DNA of 62,918 nucleotides, counting the filler, from Choristocarpus tenellus KU-1152 (lineage: Eukaryota > Protista > Phaeophyceae), in the NCBI GenBank assembly GCA_964200185.2. It is 9 parts of 9 records of this genome, joined end to end, with 100 filler letters (N's around TTAATTAATTAA, not from the genome) between each part and the next. Parts side by side here need not be neighbours in the genome. Positions count along the whole stretch, not along the records: positions 20,901 to 35,808 come from CAXNAD020001098.1; positions 35,909 to 39,343 come from CAXNAD020020041.1; 7 more parts are not named here. One strand, given 5' to 3'. Positions within the stretch are counted from its first letter, which is position 1. Each line of letters opens with the position of its first letter. The translations under genes and the position numbers were made by a program. The notes below the pieces were generated by a model, which was given only the letters and a program-made list of their open reading frames with translations, made no database searches and was not told where the DNA came from. Below, piece by piece: positions 24,901 through 37,499 of the stretch.

Positions 24901-27900
24901 AACGTTCTTACAGAAGTACGAAATTTAGTTAAACATTTCTTCGATGGTTGATAGGTTTTGTTTCCACAGCTGATATATTGACCAACAAAAGTTGGAAGAC
25001 TGAAGACTACACACTATATGTGCTCTGCAAAATAAACATCTAATCTTGTTCATCCGAGATAATCTCAGACAAAGCAGTCCTTACGCAATGAGGTTTGCCA
25101 GTTCCAATAACAGCTGAACTTGCCACGATGCTTCTTTACAAAAGAACAAAATCTCATCATCCTCCCATATTCAGCGTAACCATTCTTTTATGTGCAAGCC
25201 TAACGCTCTTCCCTTCACAATATTGATCAATCAAAATTAAAAAAACTTCCAACATATCCTCATTTAAGCTCTGCGAAAAGTTATCGTACCTAGCTCAACC
25301 GATATTATCTCCAACAAACCAGTCAGTACAAAGTAAGGTTTGCCAATGCCAATACCGGTGGAGCTGGGGAAGACACCTTAGAGAAGAACAGAATATAATT
25401 GGACTTCAAAAACATCAATCCTACTCATTCTTCGGTGTTCGATATTTACTTTTGTATCCACAATATATCGATCAACAAAAATTGGAAGACTTCAAACAAC
25501 CCCATTGTTTTCCTCTGCAAATAGACATCTGACCTCGCTCATTCCATATTATCTCAAACAAACCAGTCCTTACACAAGGACGTTTGCCAGTGTCAATACC
25601 AGAGCATGTCAAGATACCTCTTTACAGAAGCAAAAAATCTCATCATGCTCCCATATCCAGCATAATCGTTCTTTTATGTGCAAGCTTAACTTTCTTCAAT
25701 GTACGATACTGACCAACAAAAATTAAAAATTTCCAACATATCCTCAGTTATGCTCTGAAAAAGGAGATCGTACCATGCTCATCAGATATTATCTCCAACG
25801 AACCAGTCACTACAGAGTAAGGTTTGCCATAGCCAATACCGGTGGAGATGGGCAAGACACTTTCTTACTGAAGTACAGAATCTAATTCGATGTTGGACAG
25901 TTAAGTGTTGTTCACACAATATATTGACCAACAAAAATTGGAAGACCTCAAACAACCCCATAGTTGTCCTCTTCAGATGAACATCTGACCTAGCCCATCC
26001 GATATTATCTCAGACAAAACAGTCCTTACACATTGAGGTTTGCCAGTGCAAATACAAGCGAAGAACAAAATCATATCAGGCTCCAATATCAAGCGTAACC
26101 ATTGCTATGTGCAAACTTAAGGTTCTTCAATGCACGAAATTGACCAACATTTAAAGACTTTAAATGTATCCTCAGTTACGCTCCGAAAAAAGAGACCGTG
26201 ACTAGCTCATCCGCTGGTGACTAGCTCATCCGATAGTATCTCTACCAACCCAGTCACTACAAAGTAAGGTTTGCCAGTGCCAATACCGGCTGAGCTGGGG
26301 AAGACACCTTACAGAAGAACAGAATCTAAATCAACTTTATACCAAGAATACTCACTCTTCAGTGTTCGATAGTTAGGTTTCGTTTCCACAATTAATATAT
26401 TGACCAACAAAAGTCAGAAGACTTCAAACAACCCCCTAGGTGTCCTCTGTAAATAGACGTAGCTTCAAAAAGAAATCGTACCTACCTCTTCCGATCCTAC
26501 CCTTAGACAAACCAGTACTTACGCAATTAGTTTTACCAGTGCTAACACTAGCAGAGCTTGCCATGATATCTCTTTACAGAAGAACAAAATCCCATCATGC
26601 TCCCATATCCAGCGTAATCATTCGTTTATATGCATGCTTAACGTTCGACAATTCACGATATTGAACAACCAAAGATTTAAAAACTTCCAACATGTTCTCA
26701 GTTAAGCTCTGAAAATAGAGATCGTACCAAGCTCAACCAGTATTATCTCCAAAAAACCAGTCACTACAAAGTAAGGTTTGCCAGTGCCAATACCGATTGA
26801 GCTTGGAAAGACACCTTCCTACAGAAGAACAAAATCTAGTAAGACTTTATAACAATCCATTCTACTCACTCCTCAATGTTCCATAGGTTTCGTTTGCACA
26901 ATTATATATTGACCAACAAAAGTTGGAAGACTTCAAACAAGCCCCAAGTTGTCCTCTGCAAATAGACATCTGACCTAGCTCATCCGATATCATCACAGAC
27001 AAAACAGTCCATAAATAATGAGTTTTCCCAGTGCCAATACCAGCAGAGATTGCAAAGATGTCTCTTCACAGAAGAACAAAATCTCATCATGCTCCAATAT
27101 CCAGCGTGATGAATCTTTTATGTGCAAGCTTAACGTTCTACAATTCACGATATTGACTAACATCAGTTAAAAAACTTCCAACATATCCTCAGTTATGCTC
27201 TGAAAAAAGAGATCTTACCGAGCTCAACCGGTATTATCTCCAACAAACCAGTCACTACAAAGTAAGGTTTGCCAGTGCCAATACCGATTGAGCTTGGAAA
27301 GACCCCTTCCTACAGAAGAACAAAATCTAGTAAGACTTTATAACAATCAATACTACTCACTCTTCAATGTTTGATAGGTTTCCTTTCCACAATTATATAA
27401 ACAAACAAAAGTTAGAAGACTTCAAACAAGCCCCTAGTTGTCCTCTGCAAATAGAAATGTGACCACGCTCATCTAATATTATCAGATTAACCAGTCCTTA
27501 CGCAATGAGGTTTGCCGGTGCCAATGACAGCAGAGCTTGCCAAGATGCCTCTCTACAGAACAACAAAATCTCATCTTGCTCCCACATCCATCGTAAACCA
27601 TTCTTTCATATGCAAGCTTAACGTTCGACAATTCACGATATTGATCAACGTAAATTTCATAATTTCCAACATATCCTCAGTTATGCTCTGAAAATAGAGA
27701 TCTTACCTAGCTCAACCGGTATTATCTCCAACAAACCAGTCAATACAAAGTAAGGTTTGCCAGTGCCAATACCGGTGGAGCTTGGAAAGACACCTTCCTA
27801 CAGAAGAACAAAATCTAGTAAGACTTTATAACAATCAATTCTACTCACTCTTCAATGTTTGATAGGTTTCGTTTGCACAATTATATATTGACCAACAAAA

Positions 27901-30330
27901 GTTGGAAGACTTCAAACAAGCCCCCAGTTGTCTTCTGCAAATAGACATCTGACCTAGCTCATCTAATATTATTTCAGACAAAACAGTCCATACGCAATGA
28001 GTTTTCCCAGTGCCAATACCAGCGGAGATTGCAAAGATGTCTCTTCACAGAAGAACAAAATCTCATCATTCTCCCATATCCAGCGTGATGAATCTTTTAT
28101 GTGCAAGCTTACTGTTCTACAATTCACGATATTGACTAACATCAGTTAAAAAACTTCCAACATATCCTCAGTTATGCTCTGAAAAAAGAGATCTTACCGA
28201 GCTCTACCGGTATTATCCCCAACAAACCAGTCACTACAAAGTAAGGTTTGCCAGTGCCAATACCGGTGGAGCTTGGAAAGACACCTTCCTACAGAAGAAC
28301 AAAATCTAGTAAGACTTTATAACAATCAATTCTACTCACTCCTCAGTGTTCGATAGGTTTCGTTTGCACAATTATATATTGAACAACAAAAGTTGGAAGA
28401 CTTCAAACAAGCCCCCAGTTGTCCTCTGCAAATAGACATCTGACCTAGCTCATCCGATATTATTTCAGACAAACCAGTCCATACGCAATGAGTTTTCCCA
28501 GTGCCAATACCAGCGGAGATTGCGAAGATGTCTCTTCACAGAATAACAAAATCTCATCATGCTCCCATATCCAGCGTGATGAATCTTTTATGTGCAAGCT
28601 TGATGTTCTTGATTTCACGATACTAAACAACCAAAATTAAAAAACTTTCAACATATCCTCAGTTATGCTCTGAAAAGATAGATCGTACCTAGCTAATCCG
28701 ATATTATCTCCAACAAACCAGTCACTACAAAGTAAGGTTTGCCAGTGCCAATACCGGCGGAGCTGGGTAAAATGCCTCCCTACAGAACAACAAAATCTTA
28801 TGATAGTCTCCCATATCAAGCATAAACATAGACATAGTCTATGTGTACGGTTAGGTTTATTCTTTAAATCACGATTTTGACCAACCAAAAATTGGAGACC
28901 TCCAACACTTCCCCAGTTATGCTCTGGAAATAGACATCTTGCCCGGTTCATCCGATATTATTCCAATAAAGCCAGTCAGTACACGATGAGTTTTGCCTGT
29001 GCCATTACCGTTGGATTCCGTTAGATGCCTCTTTATAGAAGAACAATGTATCAATACACTCCTTTAACGATCAAAAATAATTGTTCTTGGGTGTGCAATG
29101 GTTAGGTTTCTTTTCCAAAATTAATGTGATGTCCAATAAATTGAGGACATCCAACATATTTCTATTTCTCTGAAAAATAGACATCTACCTAGCTCATCAA
29201 ATACTATCCCAAGCAAACAAGTGATTACACAATGAAATTTGGCTCTGCCAATATCAGTGCAGCCTGGTAAGATCTCTTTGTGCAGAAGAAGATATTGCCA
29301 TACTCCCAGAACAGTCAAGACTTCTCGTTCTTCAGTGTTCGATGGTTGGGTATCGTTCCAACTATTAATGTGTTGAACAACAAAAGTAAAGGCTTCAAAT
29401 AATCCCCTAGTTGTCCTCTGAACTGAGATGTCTTACCAAGCTCATGCAATATTATTTCAAGCAAACCAGTCCGTACACAATGTTGTTTGCTTGCGCCAAT
29501 TCCAGTTGAGCTGGGTCTGATGCCTCTTTACAGAACAAAAGATCCGATGATACTCCCATATGAAGCATAATCATTACTGTATGTTCAAGGTTAGGTTTGT
29601 GGAATCACGATATTGACCAAAATTGTAACACTTCCATAATCTCCCCATATTTGCTTTGAAAAAAGACATCTTACCTATCTTATCCAATTTTATCCTTAGC
29701 AAACCGGGCAGTACAAAATGAATTTTGTCTGTGCCAATACCGGTGGAGCTGGTTAAGATGCCTCTTTACAGAAGAATTAAACTTTCGCATACGCCTCTGT
29801 CTAGTATTCCTATTATTTGAAGTTAAAGGTTACGTTTCTTTCTCAAATTAAGATACGGATTAACAAAATTTCTGAAGTCAACCATCTTGCCAGTTGCGCT
29901 CTGAAGAAATATATCTTACCCAACTCATCCAATATTATCTTAGACAAACCGGTCATTACACAATGAGGTTTGCCTGTGCCAATACGGGTGGAGCTGGGGG
30001 AAATGCCTCTTTACAGGGAATCAGATACCGTGAACCTACAATGCAAAGTTACTAACAAATTCAAGGTACATCATGTGGTTTTTAAAATACATACTTGTCT
30101 AACGAGATAAATGCTTGGTACAGTTCTTTCAATTACCCCCCTAGTAATTGAACTCTTTCCACCAGATACTATTCCAAACGCATCACTCATTTACAAGGAC
30201 GGTTTTATGTGCTAATACCTATCTTTTTTGGTAGTGCATCAAACTAGTTATGATAGATAAGGTTTGCCTGCGCCAATATTTTAGCTTTCGGCGATGACCT
30301 TGTACGGAAGAATTGTATCTTGTTAGGAGG
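21930..30330. repeat. Tandem array of ~34-36 monomers of ~245 bp (A/B dimer ~490 bp in the centre), each with an internal imperfect inverted repeat
   Basis: Recurrent core ...ACCTAGCTCATCCGATATTATCTC...CAAACCAGTC..TAC..A.T.AGGTTTGCC.GTGCCAATACC.G.GGAGCT.GG.AAGA... B-type loops recur at about 26761, 27252, 27741, 28231 and 28722. Confidence 0.95.
21930..30330 (-). ncRNA. Putative polycistronic pre-miRNA/hairpin-RNA cluster with LRR-antisense arms
   Basis: ~50-bp stems with a short terminal loop in each monomer; A.C mismatches on + become G.U pairs on -; one arm spells PIPxELGK with wobble-position variation. Function is inferred, with no expression data. Confidence 0.55.
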
Positions 30331-30729
30331 TCACCCATGCTGAACCGGAGTAGCGACATTGGTACTTAACTCTTTGACACTAAAAGTATATAGAGCAATT
30401 TAACTTAATCTTGAGATTAGCAAGTAGATGATCACCACCTTTTTTTGTAGGTGCATTTTAGATAAATTGAGCAGTAACATGATGGGTCAAAGTTGCACTA
30501 AACAAACCTCATGGCACTGGATAGGTTTAAGATCATGCAAAAGAGTTCTTACATTGGAGATTCCTGTGACAGTCAGACGGTTATGACCAATGTTTTACTG
30601 CTGTTCTTGAGCAATCAAAAATATGTGCAAGTGATATTAAGAAAAGCTGCACTTATTTTTACCTGTTGGTAACACGTCTGAAGATAATCGTCCATAACAT
30701 TCACACTAAGAAAGGATGTACATGCTCAC

Positions 30730-33038
30730 CTTGGTAACATCTTCCTCTTTCTGGAAGACCACGTACGCATTTACAGTATCTTTCACCTCTTGGGCCACCT
30801 TCCCTTTGTTTACACAAACCTTTCGAACAAGATCCTGATTTAAAACAGGCGCAGGGAAACACTTAGAAAAAAATAATTTTAACATTGCATCCACAAGCCA
30901 TCTTTATTTTAGGTCAAAAAAAAAATCATTTGAGGGTTGAAATGAAATGTTACATTTGTTTTTATATGTACTTACTACCCAGTCCATACGAAGAGAAGTC
31001 TCAGATCCAAGCACACTCATCAAAAATATCTAAATGTAACACCTGATTGCCAGCTTTATCCACAGCAAGTCCATCCACCGCAACAGACCGTATCCGAACA
31101 GACACTATCTTTCCGAAGCCCTTGAAGAATGAGCGTATCTTCTTGGGGTTGACACTTGCTGGCAGATTGCCCACGAAGATGGTATGATTCAATTTAACCT
31201 GGTCTGTTGTTACGTTTGCCTCCACAGTCTCAACACCGTTTTTGTTCACCTGTTGATCCATGACTTCTTTTGAACTTGCATGTCTTGTTCCTAGCTCCTT
31301 TACCATTTGCCGAAACAAAGAACAAGAATGACAATACCAAGATAGAAGGAAGGAGGAGGAAGGAGAGAGAGCTGGGAAAGGCTGATAAGAGTTTTCTAAA
31401 ATTCAAACGTCACATTTTCAATCCTTCTGCAAACCATGTTGATATTTCCTAGTTCAAAGCAGGTACCAATTTTTCTCACTTCTGGAAGTTAAGCATATAC
31501 AACTCATATTCCACAAGCCAGTCACTGTTTACTACTTCGTTGAATATAGTCAAACCTCTTCATTGAAGCTTTCATTGCCCTTTCCAGAGACAACGCTTTC
31601 TGGTTCACTTTCAAGATCCCCGTTGTCTTCGTCGGTTCCCTCAGACCAATCACCTTCCTCTTCCTTTAAATCACTCGCCCCGCTGACCCCACTGACTGGA
31701 CACTCTTTTTCTTTTAATTGATTTCTTTTCTCGAGCTCTATCTGCTTCATTAAAAGCTCCATGCTCTTAGTCTTTCTTTCTGCCGCCTGTTTTGCCCTTC
31801 GTGACAAAAAAAACAATGTAGGGCAAGTGACACATGAATCAGTTACAACCACAAGGGATGCCTTGCACCAAAAATTATAGGCAATTCACCATGAACACAT
31901 GGGATTCAACACACAGTTGTGTGAAGAAAAGACTAAAGTACAAGGGGAATATACCACCAGTGCAAGGCACTTACCTTGTGTTATGAAAATTTAAAAGAAA
32001 AATATAGTCGGACAAATGCACACTTCTGAGGAATTAAAAAAGGAACTAGAAACCTGGAAAACTGGGGAAATTCATGACCAAAGCGGAGGAAAAGGTAAAC
32101 CTAGAAAACGTCCTGGTCAGGACTATTGGCAAAGCCCCTCCCTTGCAAAGAAGAGTCCAGTGCAATTTTAAAAAATGTAGCATCTTCACCCTCTACGTAT
32201 GTGTGAGAGTCATATCTCACCTGATCTCCTGAAATTCAACCTCTCGTTTCTTAGCTTTCTTGTTCTTTTTTTTTATTCCCATAGTTTCCTCCTCCTGCCT
32301 CTTCTCTCTCTCTCGAGCGTCCTTAGTTATCCGTTCAACCTGCGGGATGGAACGATGTATCGAAAAAAGTTAATTAGCACACATTTAGGTAAAGATCGCG
32401 TTAACAAACGAACACCTTGCAGGACCTCGATCATACGAAGATTTCCCCGTAGTAACACCCGCACAGGGGGGAATAGGCTTCAGCATTCAACATCTATCGT
32501 AATTGTCCTGTGACTGAACAATTCACCAATTCAAATGAAAGATATTCTTCGGTGTGAGGCAAGAGGTACACGCAATTATAACCATATCCTCTACAAGGAC
32601 ACGAGACCATATTCGCATGTACCTTTCGTCTCTCCTCCCAAGTCTCTACAAGGTAATAACAATTGAACCCAACCCATCACTATAGTGATTATTCCCCCCA
32701 CCAGACCCACCCACCTCCACAGCATCAGACTCCTTATCCTCGCGCTCCTTCCGCTTGAATCTATTCAAATTCTTCGTGGAGAAAAGGGACGTCAAACCTA
32801 TCGGACTCGAACCATACACCACATTTTTCTTAGGTTCTCCAGCTGCGGAGAGCTCTCCGTCGTCATTCGCTTTCGAACGTGAAGAATGGTACTCCGGAGT
32901 TACAGACATTTTTGACTGAACAGATGTTACCGCAGACTCTCCAGAAAAGGTCCCGGCATTATAATTTTTCCCAACCTTATCATCTCGAAGAAGAAAGGAG
33001 GACAGGAGACCTGGACGATATGTCCCATCTCCAGCCAT
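30730..33038 (-). CDS. RBM34: RBM34/Nop12-like nucleolar RRM protein, 5' part (exons 33038-32715, possible 21-nt microexon ~32643-32623, 32339-32221, 31796-31556, 31297-31043, 30834-30730)
   Basis: K/E-rich N-terminus, then RRM1 TIFVGNLPASVNPKKIRSFFKGFGKIVSVRIRS...VRKVCVNKG...TVNAYVVFQKEEDVTK with the Nop12-type insertion. Intron phases are consistent. The end of RRM1 and RRM2 were not found. Confidence 0.85.
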
Positions 33039-36000
33039 GAACTCCTTGTCGCGTGAGGTTAATCTGTTCGTTAACGGATTGTAATTTGATGGACACGACT
33101 CTGCCCTACTATATGATAAGCGCCAACATCCCCTCCCTCACCTACCACCACCCATCACAACATTGTCTCATTTTTTTTTATCAAAGTAATCAGCCAATAA
33201 ATCTATCGACCATTCACAAATATCCATACATTTCTGTTCGGGAACTACGTGTAATAATTGATTAAATTGAAATCAAGACCAAGAGGTACAGTAAAGTTGT
33301 ACTATATCAAAATTGGAACACTTTGGTATGTTTGTGCGATACTTGTAAGTGGGTTTAGAAATCAATGATTAGTGTGTTTGTACAAAATGAAATTCATTTC
33401 TGCTATTTTTCTAAACTCACTTAAACCTTACATTACAAACACAGTCACCTCAACCTGGTTTAATGAAGCTCAATGAATCTATTCTTCGTCCTACTTTGAC
33501 CTTACCAGATCTTGATGATTTAGAATCCCCGGTATCCATTGGTCTTTATATTACAATTGTTGGATACAATATTGGTCATGGACCTAGTTCTATAAACATA
33601 GAATATAGGTTACACCTTCAAATGTATTCTATCGTTCAGGTGATTTGCTACAATGTACAGAAATGATTTCTGTTACATTCACTTGTTATCAACTCTGATC
33701 TATTAAAAGTTTCCATATACACTACCTTCCCCGATTTCGTTCACCCATGGGCATGCCGAAAAAAGCTGCACAGAATTGATGTGGTACAATATCATTTTTG
33801 TAGTCATTCAATCGTGGTTAGCCGAATACGAGAATTCCGGTACAAAAGCCTATTTTTTGAGCATGTCGAAAAAAGAGGTACAAAATTGAATATTTTTCGA
33901 TTTGGTTGATAATAGTTGGCACAACATCGGGGTAGGTACTGTACTTTTGTTTCATTCAATGAATTGGGGTTGTGTTGTTAAATATCAATATTGTTTTTTA
34001 CATAGATGTTTGTTCTGACTTATATCAACTTATGTCAAATGATTTTTTTTTCCTTTTTATATGTCCTCCTATGAATAAACGAAGAGCGAAGTTCATTTTT
34101 CAAAATAACTCTGCACACTAATTTAATTTTTTATTATTTCTTCGGGAAAACTGTTCTGTTCAACAGTTATTTATGGGCAATCCAATCCCCATATTTGTCC
34201 ACAGAATAAAACCTTTTCCAACTTTATTTATTACTGATTGATTACAACAAGTACATACTATTTGGTGTTGCAACTAAACAGCTCTAATTTGATCACGATT
34301 TCTGGGTAGGAGTCTCCCATGATTTTTTTCCCCTTCTCATTGGAGATGATGGTCCATGTTTTTGCATCTGTATCAACTTGATGGAGATAACAGGACTTCA
34401 TGCTAAGACTACCTTGTCCCTTCTTGCCCATGCCCCTTTTCACGTTGAAGATTTGACTAGACGTAATCATATCCGATGCATCGAAATCGTGATCTTTCCA
34501 TGTGCACAGATATGTTTATTATCTCTCCCCTAATCAAATTGAAGTGACACTGATTTGGTTGCCACCGAATCGATCTTAGTGATAAGTGCTAAGCTGTTAG
34601 GCCTCACGAAAAACTCTTTTTTGTTCTACATTTTTGGAAATATCCAGATATTTTTGTGTGCACAACCGTCTTGCAAAACATTATCTCCTTGTTAATATAC
34701 TTTTTTTTTTCCTTCAATGGTCAGGTCAGTTTTTCTGGACACACACTTCCTCCATTTCCCATTGACACCTGTGTTCTTTTGATACCTAGATCAAACCACA
34801 TACAGGGGGGGGGGGTGTGATGTGAGAGCCATCTTCAAAGAGGATATACTTTGAAGGTAATGTATCTTGAAGAATCTGATATTCTTCTGGATTTGTTTTT
34901 GCATGTTGAAGGTAGCATCTGCTTGAAGTAAATAGGGGGTGGTTTGAGGGGACCTTATAAGGCTCCCTCATTCCCTTTGCCACTTGTTAACTCTTTTCCT
35001 GAATGATGTTCTGAGGGATTGCTCCCCCTCTTGTCTTGTCTCTCTCCTTTTCCTTGCCTCCTATGCGTCTTCCCGCTCCCCTTCAGTACGAAGAACCTAT
35101 CAGCTTGTTTCCATCTGTTTCACAAACCCCTGTAAAACTCTTGTCGTAAATGTAAAGTATATCTTTTTATAATCAATTTACTATTTTGACTACCAGGTAT
35201 GTTATATCACTGTGATAGGAGAACACTCGGCCCCTTGAATACCTCCGTGGTGGTGATCAAGTGCTGCAGCTCGTTCCTGGAAAGATTTGGGGTCATCTCC
35301 GGTGTCTCCCGATGCTTGGGGTCATTCTAAATAGTCATGTTACAAACTCCTGGATGCTCCCTCCATGCTACATGGGCGAACCTTTCCTCCCTCGATAACT
35401 TTCCATCACTGTCCAGTAGAAGGCCAGAGACAGGTGAAGGAGCTTGGACGCTCTGATAGCCTATTATTAGGGTCGCCCCTTCTAGACTTGGGGTGGTTAC
35501 TTCATGCATCAGGAGATCCACTGTGTGCATGAGGGTGATCACATGGGCGCTGCAAAGCATACCAGGGACCTTTGTAACCGTGGTGATGTTTACCCACTCC
35601 AGGATCTCCACCTGGACTTGGTCAAGGACAGAAGCAACACTTGGTGTATGAACGCCCCATGGCAGACACGAATGTGGGGTTAGGTGACCTAGATTTTCTG
35701 GGAGGAGGGGAGTGGGGTAGTGGGGGGGCGGAGGTGGGGGTGGTGGTGGTGGTGGTAGTGGGTGTTGGGGTGGGGAGGAGGGTGGGGGGGGGTGGGGTGG
35801 AGGGAGTGNNNNNNNNNNNNNNNNNNNNNNNNNNNNNNNNNNNNNNNNNNNNTTAATTAATTAANNNNNNNNNNNNNNNNNNNNNNNNNNNNNNNNNNNN
35901 NNNNNNNNGTGAGGACGGTCAATGGAAGGTGGGCCTTTTTCACAGTACATTCCTTGCGATCATAAGGTGATCGAATACGGCGTGCACCTGTTGCTTGAGT

Positions 36001-37499
36001 GCCCTGAGTGCAGCACTTCATTTCTTCAAGGAAAAAAAAAGGCGAAAATATACATACAGTTCGAAGAGATGATGAAGCTATTTGGCATGGCAGGTGGCAT
36101 TACACACTTGCAGTAGGGAAGGAGGGCATTTGACCTGACTGTAAATCCGGCAGAACGCAATATCTCACTCCCATTTTTGCATAAGTGTAGTATGTCATAC
36201 TCAATCCATACACTTACCATACGTCCAATGTGCGAAGTAAGTCTGTTGCACCACATCGTCGAAATTACATCATTTTGGAGAATGAGCAAGGGGAAGGCAA
36301 GAAGCGAAGTCAGCGGTGAGTCGTCTAGTACAAGTGATGTAAAATGGTGAAAGCCTCCCAAAGGTTTGAGCCACCGCAACAAGCAAGATTGTACACTATC
36401 AGGATGCATTCAATCGTTTCGGCAAAGAGAGGTAAATGTGTGATGTTGGCTAAGGTTTGCAGCGCATGGGGTTACGTAGCTACAAAATAGATACAAAGAT
36501 TAGTGGGAATGTTAATCGAATTAGCGGTGGTCTGCTAAGATTGTGGAATTGCGAGGCGTGCTGAAGTGAGCAATATATGCACAAGCACGTACCAGCCACG
36601 TGAACTTCCGGAAGACCACCATGGACCGCAATAGCCAGTACAAAGAATTCAGCGCCAGAGCCAGACGTACCACCACAAATATTTGCTGCTGCAGGAGATG
36701 GGAACATACAAAGAGCACAGGCCGGTCATGGTCGAGGCTCAGCGAGAAACACCTTGAGAACGGGGAGGCGAGAGCGGAGATTAGAGGGTAGGGTGATGTC
36801 TTCACCAAAGATATTTGACGAAGCCTTTCGTTAACAGAACGCGAGCAAAGATGTATATATGGAGGTATTTGCATTAATATAGGGCAGTAGTCTCGCACTT
36901 CTAACGACTTTAACCATATAGGTGGTGTATGCGAAATGCCATCCATGGCGAACGATATCCCAATGCTCACACAAGGCAAAGCATTCTTTGCGGCAGGTAC
37001 TTGGGATGGGAAAAAGGCATATTTTCAAGGACAGAAGGCTAGGTGTGCTCAGTACATCACACACTATGATGAAAACTACCTATTCTGTACCTCTCCATAC
37101 CATCACCATGGTGTGGCATAGGAGTCAGAAAAGATTCTGCAGGATAATCGAAATGGTAGAGTGCGGCAGTATTATTAAGGAGCTGTACCTGTTGTGGGGA
37201 AATAACCCAGCAGAGAAAAATACAGGTATTGACGGGAACACAATTTGATACGCCTCGATATTGGGAACAACAAAGTCATACCGTCTTACCTCTCAACTTT
37301 GTTCCCGTCCTTTTCTTTCCTCAAGATATTCTTCCAGGGCGGCATAGCTCAAATCCTTCTCCACGTAACCCCCCGAACACAAGAGATTGTCGTCACTGTC
37401 CTCGTTACAGTTGTAGAAGCAATCGGGGAACATCCCCAACCAATTAAGGTTTCACCCAAACTGGTCCGATTTTTGGCTGGACCGGTCCCACGATGATCT

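Noticed and set aside
21930-30330. CRISPR array
   Set aside because: Eukaryotic context, a 245-bp period, inter-hairpin segments homologous to each other rather than unique spacers, and no cas genes.
21930-30330. Functional LRR gene made of tandem 72-nt exons (ROCO-type exon shuffling)
   Set aside because: No intact 24-aa LRR bounded by AG/GT in any monomer I read; frameshifts flank the PIPxELGK core, some copies have stops, and the motif occurs on both strands as an inverted pair. The ORFs listed in this interval are repeat by-products.
30541-30600. Next RBM34 exon (NIGHNRLTVTGISN|GTAAG)
   Set aside because: The available phase-0 acceptors run straight into a TAA stop.
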